Positions 25,853 to 36,259 of a stretch of DNA of 64,000 nt are shown piece after piece. The translations under genes and the position numbers were made by a program. The DNA lies in assembly GCA_016718405.1 (NCBI GenBank), contig JADKDJ010000035.1:39972-103971 (forward strand), read 5' to 3'. The DNA comes from Candidatus Rhodoferax odensensis (GTDB taxonomy: Bacteria; Pseudomonadota; Gammaproteobacteria; Burkholderiales; Burkholderiaceae_C). The notes under the pieces were generated by a model. That model had not been told where the DNA came from. It searched no databases and was given only the letters and a program-made list of their open reading frames with translations. The first letter of the stretch is position 1. Each line of letters opens with the position of its first letter.

Positions 25853-27196
25853 GTGTCCGACCCGGACTTCAAATCCGACCCCCGCTGGTTCAAGCAGTTG
25901 TTCGAGTCGTCGCCCGACCCGACCTGGATCATCGACAACAACCAGTTCATCGAATGCAACCAGGCGGCCATTTCAGCCCTGGGCTATGCCAGCCGCGACG
26001 CGCTGCTCAACGTCCACCCCTCGGCGCTCTCGCCCTTGCGTCAACCCGACGGCGAGGACTCATACACCAAGGCCGAGCGCATGATGACCCTGGCCAAGCA
26101 ACAGGGTTTGCACCGCTTTGAATGGTTGCACCGCAAGGCCGACGGCACCGATTTCCTGGCCGAAGTAACCCTGTCGGTCATCGGACTGAGCGACCGTACA
26201 CTCATCCATTGTGTCTGGCGCGACATCACCGAACGCAAGCGCGTAGAAGAACAGGTGCAGCGGCAAAACGAGCTGCTACGCGCCGTGATCGAGAATTTTC
26301 CCGGCGCCATCTCGGTGGTGGACGCGGACCTGCGACTATTGACATGCAATCGGCAGTTTGGCCGCCTGCTCGACTTGCCGGATTGGCTGCTTCAGAAGCC
26401 CGGCGTCGGCTTTGGTGACGTCGTCCTCTACAACGCGCAGCGGGGCGACTACGGCCTCGGAGACCCCGAGCAGCAAGCGGCCGCACTGGTGGAGCGCGCC
26501 CGCAGCTTTCAAGCACACAAGTTTGAGCGTGTTCGCCCCAACGGCACGGTGCTGGAGATTCGCGGCGAACCCATGCCCGGTGGCGGCTTCGTCACCACCT
26601 ACCTGGACATCACCGCGCGCAAGCAAGCCGAGCAAGAAATCCACCAGTTGGCCTTTCACGACGCACTCACCAAGCTGCCAAATCGCCGTCTGCTCAACGA
26701 CCGGCTGAGCCAGGCGATGGCCACCAGCAGACGAAGCGGGGGCTTTTGCGCGCTGATGTTTCTCGATCTGGACAATTTCAAGCCGCTCAATGACACCCAT
26801 GGTCACGAGGTTGGCGATTTGCTGCTGGTTGAGGCTGCCAATCGCTTGAAGCGTTGCGTTCGCGAAGTGGACACCGTCTCGCGCTTCGGCGGCGACGAGT
26901 TCGTGGTGCTGTTGAGCGATTTGCCGGCCGACCGTACGGCATCGACCAAGCAGGCCCGGGTGATTGCTGAAAAGATCCGCGTCGCCATGGCCTTGCCCTA
27001 CCAGCTGACCCGCGAGCACGAAGGGCAAGCCGACACCATCATTGAGCACCATTGCACGGTCAGCATCGGCGTGACTGTCTTCGTCAACCAGGAGGCCAGC
27101 CATGACGACCTCCTCAAGTGGGCCGACATGGCCATGTACGAAGCCAAGCAAGCCGGGCGCGATACCGTGTGTTTTCACGGCTCAAGTGCCGGATAA
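25853..27196 (+). CDS. PAS/PAS-GGDEF diguanylate cyclase
   Basis: The GTG start lies 4 nt after the patatin stop. It has two PAS-like regions, then LDLDNFKPLNDTHGHEVGD, the I-site REVD, and RFGGDEF. Confidence 0.9.
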   Translation: MSDPDFKSDPRWFKQLFESSPDPTWIIDNNQFIECNQAAISALGYASRDALLNVHPSALSPLRQPDGEDSYTKAERMMTLAKQQGLHRFEWLHRKADGTDFLAEVTLSVIGLSDRTLIHCVWRDITERKRVEEQVQRQNELLRAVIENFPGAISVVDADLRLLTCNRQFGRLLDLPDWLLQKPGVGFGDVVLYNAQRGDYGLGDPEQQAAALVERARSFQAHKFERVRPNGTVLEIRGEPMPGGGFVTTYLDITARKQAEQEIHQLAFHDALTKLPNRRLLNDRLSQAMATSRRSGGFCALMFLDLDNFKPLNDTHGHEVGDLLLVEAANRLKRCVREVDTVSRFGGDEFVVLLSDLPADRTASTKQARVIAEKIRVAMALPYQLTREHEGQADTIIEHHCTVSIGVTVFVNQEASHDDLLKWADMAMYEAKQAGRDTVCFHGSSAG

Positions 27197-27302
27197 TCCC
27201 GCCGTGGGGCGGGTGGAGGCAACGGGCGCCATGTTTTGCTGAACTGCCCGCCGCGGGTTGAGGAGACTAAAATTGAACGCTCCTCCTGATAAGCCTGCCC
27301 TC

Positions 27303-29438
27303 ATGTCCCGCCAACTCTTCGTCACCACCGCCCTGCCCTACGCCAACGGCAACTTCCACATCGGCCACATCATGGAGTACATCCAGGCCGATACCTGGGT
27401 GCGGCACCAGCGCATGCAGGGCAGCACGGTGCATTTTGTCTGCGCCGACGACGCCCACGGCGCACCGATCATGATCGCGGCCGAAAAGGCCGGCAAGACA
27501 CCGCAGCAGTTCGTGGCCGATATCGCCGCCGGGCGCAAACCCTACCTGGACGGCTTTCACATCAGCTTTGACAACTGGCATTCGACCGATGGCCCCGAAA
27601 ATCACGAACTGGCGCAGGACATCTACCGCGCCCTCAGGGCCAATGGGCTGATCAGCACGCGCACCATCGAGCAGTTTTACGACCCGCAGAAGGCCATGTT
27701 CCTGCCGGACCGTTTCATCAAGGGCGAATGCCCCAAGTGCGGTACGCAGGACCAGTACGGTGACAACTGCGAATCGTGCGGTGCGGTCTACAGCCCGACC
27801 GACCTGAAGAACCCCTACTCGGCCCTGTCGGGTGCCACCCCGGAGCTACGCAAATCGGAGCACTACTTCTTCAAGCTGTCCGACCCGCGCTGCGTGGCCT
27901 TTCTGGAGGGCTGGACCGCCGACGGCAACCACCTGCAAACCGAGGTCTACAACAAGATCAAGGAATGGCTGGTCCCGAAGGAAGACGGCCAGCGCGACCT
28001 GGGCGACTGGGACATCAGCCGCGACGCGCCCTACTTCGGTATCGAAATCCCCGACGCCCCCGGCAAGTATTTCTACGTCTGGCTGGACGCGCCGATTGGC
28101 TACCTGGCTTCGCTGAAAAACCTGTTCACCAAGAACCACGGGGCCACTGAAGGCGCCAAAGCGTTCGACAGCTTCCTGGCCGACCCGGCGACCGAACAGG
28201 TGCACTTCATTGGCAAGGACATCATCACCTTTCACACGCTGTTCTGGCCGGCCATGCTGCATTTCAGCGGCCGCAAGACGCCCAACGTGGTGCATGTGCA
28301 CGGCTTTTTGACCATCAACAGCGGCGAGAAGATGAGCAAGAGCCGCGGCACCGGGCTGGACCCCCTGAAGTACCTCGCCCTGGGTATGAACCCCGAGTGG
28401 CTGCGTTACTACCTGGCGACCAAGCTCAATGCCCGCAATGAAGATGTGGAGTTCAGCCCGGAAGACTTCATGGCCCGGGTCAACTCGGACCTGGTGGGCA
28501 AGTTCATCAACATTGCCTCACGCGCGGCGGGCTTCATTGCCAAACGCTTCGACGGCAAGTTGGGCGGCACCTCCGCGCACGGCGCTGGGGTGTTGGACAT
28601 CCTGCGTCAGCAGCGAGACTCGATCCGCGACGCGTTCGAGGCGCGCGAGTTCGCCCGCGCCCTGCGCGAGACCATGTTGCTGGCCGACCGCGTCAACGAG
28701 TACGTGGACCAGAACAAACCATGGGAACTGGCCAAGCAGGCCGGCATGGACGCACACCTGCAGGATGTCTGCACGGTGTGCATCGAGGCGTTTCGGCTGC
28801 TCACGATCTATCTCAAGCCGGTGTTGCCGGCGCTGGCGCAGCAGGTGGAAAGCTTCCTGAAAATCGAGCCGCTACGCTGGAGCGACGCCGACCAGAGCCT
28901 GGGCGCGGGCCACGTCATCGGCAACTACCAGCACCTGATGCAGCGCGTCGACGCCAAGCAGCTCGAAGCCTTGTTTGAGCCACCTGCGGACGCCACGCCA
29001 GCCCCTGCAGGCAACGCAGCTGCGGCGCCGCCGGCCGAGGTGCCACCTGGGGCCGCACCGGGTGGCGAGGCCATCGCCGCCACCATTGGCATTGACGACT
29101 TCGCCAAAATCGACCTGCGCATTGCGCGCATCGTGCACTGCGAAGCCGTGCCAGGCTCCACCAAGCTGCTGCGCCTGACGCTCGACGTCGGCGAGGACCA
29201 CGCCAACGGCAGCCCCAAGACCCGCAATGTGTTCAGCGGCATTGCGTCGAGCTACCAGCCGCAAGACCTGATCGGTAAGTACACCGTGCTGGTGGCCAAC
29301 CTGGCGCCGCGAAAAATGAAGTTCGGTGTATCCGAAGGCATGGTGCTGGCTGCCAGCCACGGCGACGAGAAGGCCAATCCGGGCATTTATGTACTGGAGC
29401 CGAGCCCCGGCGCGCAACCCGGCATGCGTGTGAAGTAG
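27303..29438 (+). CDS. metG: methionine--tRNA ligase
   Basis: ORF 27258..29438. The start is set at ATG 27303 ([22 protein letters not shown]). It has KMSKS, a zinc knuckle (CPKCG...CESCG) and a C-terminal tRNA-binding domain. Confidence 0.95.
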   Translation: MSRQLFVTTALPYANGNFHIGHIMEYIQADTWVRHQRMQGSTVHFVCADDAHGAPIMIAAEKAGKTPQQFVADIAAGRKPYLDGFHISFDNWHSTDGPENHELAQDIYRALRANGLISTRTIEQFYDPQKAMFLPDRFIKGECPKCGTQDQYGDNCESCGAVYSPTDLKNPYSALSGATPELRKSEHYFFKLSDPRCVAFLEGWTADGNHLQTEVYNKIKEWLVPKEDGQRDLGDWDISRDAPYFGIEIPDAPGKYFYVWLDAPIGYLASLKNLFTKNHGATEGAKAFDSFLADPATEQVHFIGKDIITFHTLFWPAMLHFSGRKTPNVVHVHGFLTINSGEKMSKSRGTGLDPLKYLALGMNPEWLRYYLATKLNARNEDVEFSPEDFMARVNSDLVGKFINIASRAAGFIAKRFDGKLGGTSAHGAGVLDILRQQRDSIRDAFEAREFARALRETMLLADRVNEYVDQNKPWELAKQAGMDAHLQDVCTVCIEAFRLLTIYLKPVLPALAQQVESFLKIEPLRWSDADQSLGAGHVIGNYQHLMQRVDAKQLEALFEPPADATPAPAGNAAAAPPAEVPPGAAPGGEAIAATIGIDDFAKIDLRIARIVHCEAVPGSTKLLRLTLDVGEDHANGSPKTRNVFSGIASSYQPQDLIGKYTVLVANLAPRKMKFGVSEGMVLAASHGDEKANPGIYVLEPSPGAQPGMRVK

Positions 29439-29718
29439 ATGTCGCGCGGGATGCCCCGACACGAAACCCAAGAACTGTAAGGGTTTGTATCCGTCAGGCG
29501 TAAACTACGCACCTGCATGCCTGCATCGCAACCCGTCCTCTCCCTGTTGACCAAGAAGCGTTTGTTCATCACACGCATGCGCCACTGTGGGCCTCCCCAG
29601 ACGATTTGAACCCTGCTCGTTCATTTCGTTGGTGGAGCCCTCATGAATCAATCTTGCCCAGCTAGTCATCTCCCTCTTGTTGTACCCGGACCTGCCGCCA
29701 TAGAGCGGGCTTAGCGCC

Positions 29719-31719
29719 ATGGTCCTGCTGATACTGGCGTCGAGCATCCTGCTGATCGGCGCCGGGCTTTGCCTGTTGCCGACACGCAATGCGGCGCGCG
29801 CCCGCGTCGCCATCGCTTCCCAAGTGCTGGCCACGGCGCTGGTGCTGGCGGTTGCGCTTCCGGTTCTTTTTGGTGCGCCCGAATTGAGCGCCAAACTGCC
29901 ATGGGCGTACCCGGTGGGCATATTTCGCATGCGTCTGGACGCGCTGGGCGCGTTCTTCCTGGTCTGGTCGCTGCCGATGACTTTGCTGGGCAGCCTCTAC
30001 GCCGTGGGCTACATGCGCCCCCACTTCAAAGGGCCACGCCACCTGGGCGTGCACTTTGCCCTGCTCAACCTGACTTCCATCTCTTTTGTATTGGTCTACA
30101 CCGGCGAGCACGCATTGATTTTTCTGCTCGGGTGGGAGGTGGCGGCGCTGGCCGCCTGGCTGTTGGTGATCTGGGACTACACCAACCAGAAGGTGCGCTT
30201 TGCGGGCTTCAACTACCTGGTCTCCACGCACATCGGTCTGATCTTTCTGGTGGCGGCGGTGATGATTCTCTACACCCATGCGGGCACTTGGTACCTTGGC
30301 GACTTTGGCGTCTGGCTGCACGCCAACCCAGGTCCCTTGCGCAATGCGATTTTTCTGCTGCTGGTGACCAGTTTCGGCCTCAAGTCCGCCTTCTTCCCCT
30401 TTCATTCGTGGTTGCCGCGCGCCCACGCAGCGGCACCGGCACACGTCTCCGCTCTCATGTCGGGCGTGATCCACAAGGCGGGCTTGTATGCGCTGGTGCG
30501 TTTCGTATTGCTGATCGGTCGGCCCGATGAATGGATGGGCTGGTTCCTGATTGGCTTCTCGGTCTGTTCCGCCCTGATCGGCGGCCTCTACACGGTGGGC
30601 CAGCGCGATCTGAAGCGGCTGCTGGGCTACTCGTCCACCGAAAACGTAGGCATTGCCGGCATCGGCCTGGGCGTGGGTTGCCTGGGGCTGACCTGGGGTC
30701 TGCCAACTTTGGCCGCACTCGGCTTTGCCGGCGGCCTGCTGCACATCCTGAACCATGCGTTTTTCAAGTGCCAGCTCTTCTATGCCGCGGGTGCGGTCTA
30801 CCAGACCACGCACACGGTGGACATGGAGCGCCTGGGCGGGCTGTCGCGCCTGATGCCCTGGACGGGCGTGTTTTTTCTCATCGGCGGTGTGGCGATCTCC
30901 GCCTTGCCGCCGCTCAACGGCTTCGCCAGCGAGTTCGTGATCTATTCCAGCCTGTTTGACAAGGGCTCATTCGACATCTGGGCCAAGCTCAGTCTGTGCG
31001 CCGTGGCCGCTGCGCTGGCTTTTGTGGGGGCGGTCTCGGCGCTGAGCATCACGCGTGCCTTTGGCGTCGTCTTCATGGGCGCGCCGCGCGACCCGACGCT
31101 ACCCGACGCCCACGAAGTCAATCGCTGGATGCTGCTGCCGATGGGCCTGCATGCCGTGGGCAGCGTGGTGCTGGGCGTGGTCCCGGCAGCGGGCTTTGCG
31201 CTGGTGTCCGGACCGGTTGCGCTGCTGCTGGGCGTGGCACCCAGCACGCCCAATGCCACCCTTGAACGTATCAGCGCGAGCTTGTCACGCATCGGGGCCA
31301 TCTCGGCCGTGCTGCTGGCTGGTGTACTGCTGGTGCTCTGGTGGCGCTCGCGGGTCCCGCTACGGCCTGCCCAAAGCGGTCCCACCTGGGGCTGCGGTTA
31401 CGGCAACATCAACACCCGCATGCAGTACACCGGCGCCAGTTTCTCCAACGACTTTTCGCGTCGCTTTCGCTCGGTGATGGTGTTGTTGCAGCGCAAGAAG
31501 GCGCCGCTTGGCTATTTCCCCGAGGACAGCTACGTCATTACCGATTGCGTGGACGCCGTCGAACGACGGCTCTATGCGGTCATTGGCCATGGTGACGAGT
31601 CGGCGACCCGCATCTCGAACAATCTGCACGAGGACGACCCGCGTTTTGCCTTCGCCGCCGCGCTGGTCGCCTTGCTGGTCATTGCCACGCTGGTGCGATT
31701 GGCAGGGGGCCCCCTGTGA
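29719..31719 (+). CDS. module 1: NuoL/HyfB(HycC)-like proton-conducting antiporter subunit
   Basis: 666-aa polytopic ORF. It has the signature FHSWLPRAHAAAPAHVSALMSGVIHKAG and a HyfB-type C-terminal extension (WGCGY...). Confidence 0.88.
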   Translation: MVLLILASSILLIGAGLCLLPTRNAARARVAIASQVLATALVLAVALPVLFGAPELSAKLPWAYPVGIFRMRLDALGAFFLVWSLPMTLLGSLYAVGYMRPHFKGPRHLGVHFALLNLTSISFVLVYTGEHALIFLLGWEVAALAAWLLVIWDYTNQKVRFAGFNYLVSTHIGLIFLVAAVMILYTHAGTWYLGDFGVWLHANPGPLRNAIFLLLVTSFGLKSAFFPFHSWLPRAHAAAPAHVSALMSGVIHKAGLYALVRFVLLIGRPDEWMGWFLIGFSVCSALIGGLYTVGQRDLKRLLGYSSTENVGIAGIGLGVGCLGLTWGLPTLAALGFAGGLLHILNHAFFKCQLFYAAGAVYQTTHTVDMERLGGLSRLMPWTGVFFLIGGVAISALPPLNGFASEFVIYSSLFDKGSFDIWAKLSLCAVAAALAFVGAVSALSITRAFGVVFMGAPRDPTLPDAHEVNRWMLLPMGLHAVGSVVLGVVPAAGFALVSGPVALLLGVAPSTPNATLERISASLSRIGAISAVLLAGVLLVLWWRSRVPLRPAQSGPTWGCGYGNINTRMQYTGASFSNDFSRRFRSVMVLLQRKKAPLGYFPEDSYVITDCVDAVERRLYAVIGHGDESATRISNNLHEDDPRFAFAAALVALLVIATLVRLAGGPL

Positions 31720-32639
31720 TGCCAACGCTGTTGACGCTGGTCCACGTTGCGCTGGTGCTGTGCATGCCGATTGCGCTGGTTGGCATCGTCAACCGCACCA
31801 AATCGTGGTGGGCCGGCCGCAAGGGTCCACGCTTGCTGCAATCGGCCCATGACCTGCGCCGGCTGCTGGGCAAGCGGCCTGTCTACAGCCACACTGCTGG
31901 GCGCTTGTTTGGCGCGGGCGCCTACATCACCCTGCTGGCCGGCTTGCTGGCGGCGAGCATGGTGCCGATACTAGGCGGCTTTGCGCCGCTGCAGTTCGAG
32001 CATGACTTCATCGTCGTGGCCTACGCCCTGGGGCTTGGCCGCATCGTGCTGATGCTGTCGGCGATGGACGTTGGCAGCGCGTTCGAGGGCATGGGCGCGG
32101 CGCGCGAGGCGTCTTTCACCGCATTTGTCGAGCCCGCCCTGTTTCTGCTGATCGGTACCGCCAGCGTGGCTACCGGCCACACCAGCTTCGCCAGTCTGCT
32201 GGGCGGTCTGCACGCGGCCCCCGGCTTCGGCTGGTTGGTGGCACCCGCCGTCGTCGCACTGCTCATCTTGCTGCAGGCCGAAGCCGCCCGCGTGCCGGTG
32301 GATGACCCTATGACCCACCTTGAACTCACCATGATCCACGAGGTCATGATTCTCGACCACAGCGGGCCGGAGCTGGCAGCGATGCAGTACGCGGCAGCGC
32401 TGAAGATGAGCCTGTACGCGGGCCTGATTAGCACCCTGCTCAACCCGCTGGACCCGTTCGCGGCACCGCTCGCCAGCCTGGCCATGACGCTGCTGCTAAC
32501 GAGCGGCGTGGCCGTCGCCGTCGGCTGCGTGGAGTCCCTGACGGCGCGCCTGCCGATGCGCTGGGTGCCACCTTACCTGCTGGTGGCGTCGGTGGCGGCC
32601 CTGATGTGTTGGTTACTGGTCGGCACGCTGACGCCATGA
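31716..32639 (+). CDS. module 1: NuoH/HyfC(HycD)-like membrane subunit
   Basis: 307-aa ORF. A GTGA/ATG overlap joins it to the upstream stop. The sequence EAARVPVDDPMTHLELTMIHEVMILDHSGPELA is typical of the HycD/NuoH family. Confidence 0.85.
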   Translation: MMPTLLTLVHVALVLCMPIALVGIVNRTKSWWAGRKGPRLLQSAHDLRRLLGKRPVYSHTAGRLFGAGAYITLLAGLLAASMVPILGGFAPLQFEHDFIVVAYALGLGRIVLMLSAMDVGSAFEGMGAAREASFTAFVEPALFLLIGTASVATGHTSFASLLGGLHAAPGFGWLVAPAVVALLILLQAEAARVPVDDPMTHLELTMIHEVMILDHSGPELAAMQYAAALKMSLYAGLISTLLNPLDPFAAPLASLAMTLLLTSGVAVAVGCVESLTARLPMRWVPPYLLVASVAALMCWLLVGTLTP

Positions 32640-33259
32640 CTCTCGCCATGACACCCCCGCTGAGTCTGTTTCTGGCGGCTTGCGTGCTGCCGGTTTTCTT
32701 CGCCAGGATTCGCGCCGTGCCGCTGTGGCTGGCGGTGCAGGCGCTGGCGCTGGCCTGGATCACGCTGGCGCAGCATGGCGAACTGTCCCTGCACTCACTG
32801 ACCGCTGCTGTGGAAATCGTGGCCGTGCGTGGCTGGCTGGCGCCTGCTCTGCTATGGCGAACGCTGGCAGCGCACCCATTGGCGCGCACTGACCTTATGC
32901 CGTCCAATCTGTTTGCCTGGGGCGCGGCCGTCACGGTCATCATTCTGGCCCTTGAATTCGGCATCGGCGCAAGCGTCGATGCGGGCGCATTGACGCTGGG
33001 CGCGGTCAGCGTCAGTGTCAGCGTGGCCTTGCTCATCCTGGCCACCAACGCTGCCGCGCCCGCGCAGTTGCTGGCCCTGCTGTTTATGGAAAACGCACTG
33101 GCCCTGTTCGAATCCACCATGCCAACGCCATGGCCATGGCCCGTGCACGGCGCCTTGAGCGCGGTCTATCTGCTCACGGTTGCCGTTGGCAACTGGCTGG
33201 CGGCCAGCGATAAGTCGCTGGGGACCGTGGTCGCCGAAGAAGCGAGGGACAACGCATGA
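32636..33259 (+). CDS. module 1: HyfE-like (NuoK-related) small membrane subunit
   Basis: ATG 32636 forms an ATGA overlap with the upstream stop. It has the FMENALALFES motif and four or five TM helices. Confidence 0.8.
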   Translation: MTLAMTPPLSLFLAACVLPVFFARIRAVPLWLAVQALALAWITLAQHGELSLHSLTAAVEIVAVRGWLAPALLWRTLAAHPLARTDLMPSNLFAWGAAVTVIILALEFGIGASVDAGALTLGAVSVSVSVALLILATNAAAPAQLLALLFMENALALFESTMPTPWPWPVHGALSAVYLLTVAVGNWLAASDKSLGTVVAEEARDNA

Positions 33260-34770
33260 GCGCCGCGCCGGGCCGCCCCAAGCAAGCTCGCACCGCGGCC
33301 CGTAAGGGCGAAGCTACCCCCGCGACCACGGTAAGACTGGCGGACGCCAGGCTGGCTGCGCCGACAGCGACCAGCGATTCAGCGCACCCGCGCAAATGGG
33401 TGGCGCCGGCCCTGGTGGTGGTGGCCCTGCTGGTCTGGCTGGCGGCGCTGGCGCTTTTCATCACGACGCCGCTCAGCGAATTGCCGCGCTACTTCCTGCA
33501 ACGCTATTTCGTGCTGGATGCCACCTCGCTGCTGTTTGTGTTGCTGATCAACACGGTGTTTCTGGGCATTGCGGTCTATCTGTATTCCCGTGAACGATCG
33601 TCGCGCCTGCTGGCGCAGGACATATTGCCGCGTGCCCTGTTGTCGCTGATGTTCATGCTGATCATGAATCTGGGCGTGTTGTCCAACAACCTGGTGGTGC
33701 TGTGGGCCCTGATCGAGGCCAGCACGCTGTGCGCCGCGCCGCTGGTGGCGCGCGGGGATGCCGCCAACCCGCGACAAGTGGCCTGGCGCTACATGCTGTA
33801 CTCGGCGATGTCGCTGGCCATCACCTTCCTGGGTTTTCTGTGTCTGACCGAATCGGCTCACCTGCGTGGCGTCGCGATCAGTTTCCAGGTCGATCAATTG
33901 GGCTCGGCTCTGTCGGCCTCGCCCGATCGCTGGCAGCGGCTGGGCTTGGCGCTGATGCTGTTCGGGCTGGGCAGCAAGCTGGGACTGGCGCCGCTTTACG
34001 GCTGGCTGCCAGAAACCTACGAGACTGCGCCCACCAGCACCAGCGCCTTGTTGGCGGCGGTGCAGTTCAACATCAGCGTGGTCGCGGTGTTTCGGGTGCT
34101 GCAAGTGTTCCGGGGCCAGGACGGCGGCTTTGTGTCGCAAGAGCTGCTGGTGATGGGCTGCCTGTCCCTGATCGTGGCCGCCATTCAGGTCATGGCGGCG
34201 CGCAATTACAAACGGCTGATCGCCTACGCCTGCGTCAGTTCATCCGGGGTGATCGCGATTGGCCTGTCGGTTGGCAAGGCCGCCACCTACGGGGTGGTGC
34301 TGTATGTGGTCAGCAACGCGTTTGTCAAGGCACTGCTGTTTCTGTCGGCGGGCCGCCTGCGCTCGGTCTACGGCACCAACCAGACCGCCGCGCTGACCGG
34401 TGTGATCAAGGTGCTGCCCTTCTCTGGATTGCTGTTCGCGGTGGGTATCTTCGCCCTGCTGGGCTTTCCGCCATTTGCCAGCTTTCTGGCCGAAATGCTG
34501 ATCCTCTCGGGCATTGTGCAGGCTGGCAACCTGATGGCCTTTGCCCTGTTGTGCAGCATGCTGACCATCATCTTCGTGGCCACCGGTCGCACCGTGTTCC
34601 CGATGCTGTGGGGCGCCAGCGAGCAACCCCGCGCGCCGCATCAGGAGTCGATCCTGACCATCCTGCCCAAGCTTGGATTTGTTGGCGTATTGGTGATGCT
34701 GGGCGCCTACACGCCAGAGCGAGTGAGTCGCCTGCTGGTCGTGGTGGCCGAGTCGATCGGGGGGCGATGA
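33256..34770 (+). CDS. module 1: NuoN/NuoM / HyfF-like antiporter subunit
   Basis: 504-aa ORF with an ATGA overlap at 33256. It has the sequence LGLAPLYGWLPETYETAPTSTSALLAAV. The Ala/Arg-rich N-terminal 45 aa make the start uncertain. Confidence 0.82.
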   Translation: MSAAPGRPKQARTAARKGEATPATTVRLADARLAAPTATSDSAHPRKWVAPALVVVALLVWLAALALFITTPLSELPRYFLQRYFVLDATSLLFVLLINTVFLGIAVYLYSRERSSRLLAQDILPRALLSLMFMLIMNLGVLSNNLVVLWALIEASTLCAAPLVARGDAANPRQVAWRYMLYSAMSLAITFLGFLCLTESAHLRGVAISFQVDQLGSALSASPDRWQRLGLALMLFGLGSKLGLAPLYGWLPETYETAPTSTSALLAAVQFNISVVAVFRVLQVFRGQDGGFVSQELLVMGCLSLIVAAIQVMAARNYKRLIAYACVSSSGVIAIGLSVGKAATYGVVLYVVSNAFVKALLFLSAGRLRSVYGTNQTAALTGVIKVLPFSGLLFAVGIFALLGFPPFASFLAEMLILSGIVQAGNLMAFALLCSMLTIIFVATGRTVFPMLWGASEQPRAPHQESILTILPKLGFVGVLVMLGAYTPERVSRLLVVVAESIGGR

Positions 34771-36251
34771 TGGAGATACGCGAGCCCGTCCTGGTGCTGC
34801 CCCTGCGCGAACTTGCCGTGCTGGATATGCCAGCGCTGGCGCAACGCTGCGCCGAACAATTGCAAGCGGGTGCACGGCTGGTGACCCTTTTTGGTCGGCC
34901 CGACGCCGAGGCGAGTTGGGTCGCCACTGCCATCCTGCAAGGCCCGGACGGTGAATTGACTGCCCTGCGGGCCGAGTTCCAGAGCGGTACAAGCTACCCC
35001 GGGCTGACACCACGCTTTGCGCAGGCCCAGATCCTTGAACGCGAGTTGTGGGAGCAAACCGGTATCACGCCACTTGGTCACCCCTGGCTCAAGCCGGTGC
35101 GGTTTGAGGGCACACGCCAGCAGCAGATGGCGGACTACCCCTTCTTCAAGGTGCGTGGGCAGGAGGTGCATGAGGTGGGCGTGGGCCCGATTCACGCCAG
35201 CGTGATCGAGCCGGGGCACTTTCGCTTCATGTGCCTGGGCGAGCGGGTCTACCACCTTGAAATCCAGCTGGGCTACCAGCATCGCGGCATCGAGCCGATG
35301 CTGCTACGACGCGCACCCCTGACCTTGGCCAGCACGGTGGAGTCCATCTGCGGTGACGCCTGCATCGCCTACGCGTGGGCGTATTGCTCAGCCATGGAAG
35401 CACTCGGCGATACCCCGATCCCGGCCGAGATCGAGCTGATACGCGGTGTGGCATTGGAACTCGAACGTATTGCCATGCACTTGGCCGCCCTGGGCGGCTT
35501 GGCCACCGACATTGCCTTCCTGCAAGGCGGTGCCAGCTATGGCCGCCTGCGCACCGCCATCATCAACGCCAGCATGCGGGTGTGTGGCAGCCGCTTCGGG
35601 CGTGGCTGGTTGTGCCCGGGCGGAGTCCGATTTGGCTTGACCGATGCACTGCGCCAGGATCTGGCTCAGACGCTGGGCGCGTTTGCCAGGGACATTGCCG
35701 AGGTCAACGCGTTGATGTTAGGTGCGCGCAGCGTGCAGGCGCGCTTTCAGGGTATCGGCAAGGTCAGCACGCAGGCTGCGCGGGACCTGGGCCTGGTAGG
35801 TCTGGTGGCGCGCGCCAGCGGCGTGGCACTCGATACGCGCAGCAGCCTGCCGGGCTTGCTGCACCAGCACTGGCCAATCTCCAGCCTGACCGAAAGCACG
35901 GGCGATTGCTGGGCGCGCATGCAACTGCGCATGCGCGAGATCGACACGTCCCTGACCTGGCTTGTGAACGTGCTTGGCGACCACGCGTTGGACCTGCGCG
36001 CCCAGCCGGTGCGGGTCAACCCGGCGCTGCGCCCAGACGCCTTGTGCGTGTCCCTGCGAGAGGGCACGCGCGGACCTGTGTTGCACGTGGCGGAAACCAC
36101 TGGGCAAGGCACGCTGCGGCACTACAAGGTGCAAGACCCGTCCCTGCAGAACTGGTTTGGCCTGGCGCTCGCGGTACGCGACAACGGCATTTCGGACTTT
36201 CCCATCTGCAACAAGAGCTTTGACCTCTCCTATTGCGGCAACGACCTGTAG
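34767..36251 (+). CDS. module 1: NuoC-NuoD/HycE-like large subunit without canonical NiFe CxxC pairs
   Basis: ATG 34767 (ATGA overlap) lies in the frame of ORF 33702..36251. It has GVGPIHASVIEPGHFRF and HLEIQLGYQHRGIE. At the L1 position it has ESICGDACIAY, and its C-terminus is FPICNKSFDLSYCGNDL. Confidence 0.85.
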   Translation: MMEIREPVLVLPLRELAVLDMPALAQRCAEQLQAGARLVTLFGRPDAEASWVATAILQGPDGELTALRAEFQSGTSYPGLTPRFAQAQILERELWEQTGITPLGHPWLKPVRFEGTRQQQMADYPFFKVRGQEVHEVGVGPIHASVIEPGHFRFMCLGERVYHLEIQLGYQHRGIEPMLLRRAPLTLASTVESICGDACIAYAWAYCSAMEALGDTPIPAEIELIRGVALELERIAMHLAALGGLATDIAFLQGGASYGRLRTAIINASMRVCGSRFGRGWLCPGGVRFGLTDALRQDLAQTLGAFARDIAEVNALMLGARSVQARFQGIGKVSTQAARDLGLVGLVARASGVALDTRSSLPGLLHQHWPISSLTESTGDCWARMQLRMREIDTSLTWLVNVLGDHALDLRAQPVRVNPALRPDALCVSLREGTRGPVLHVAETTGQGTLRHYKVQDPSLQNWFGLALAVRDNGISDFPICNKSFDLSYCGNDL

Positions 36252-36259
36252 GCCCTCCC

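Noticed and set aside
25853-27196. GGDEF protein as a Hypr-type (cGAMP-producing) cyclase forming a CBASS-like pair with the patatin gene.
   Set aside because: The specificity segment reads LNDTHGHEVGD with the canonical Asp retained (Hypr enzymes carry Ser). It has PAS sensors and an I-site, so it looks like an ordinary diguanylate cyclase.
29439-29718. Promoter or leader of module 1, including a 19-codon mini-ORF (29643..29702) and a possible sigma-54 site.
   Set aside because: There is no GG-N10-GC arrangement with correct spacing, no clear -35/-10 and no conserved structure I could support. The mini-ORF has no ribosome-binding site.
33702-34766. N-terminal 355 codons of the 849-aa ORF 33702..36251.
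   Set aside because: This part overlaps the HyfF-like gene out of frame and is Arg/Gly-rich. The large-subunit homology begins only at the ATGA-coupled ATG 34767.
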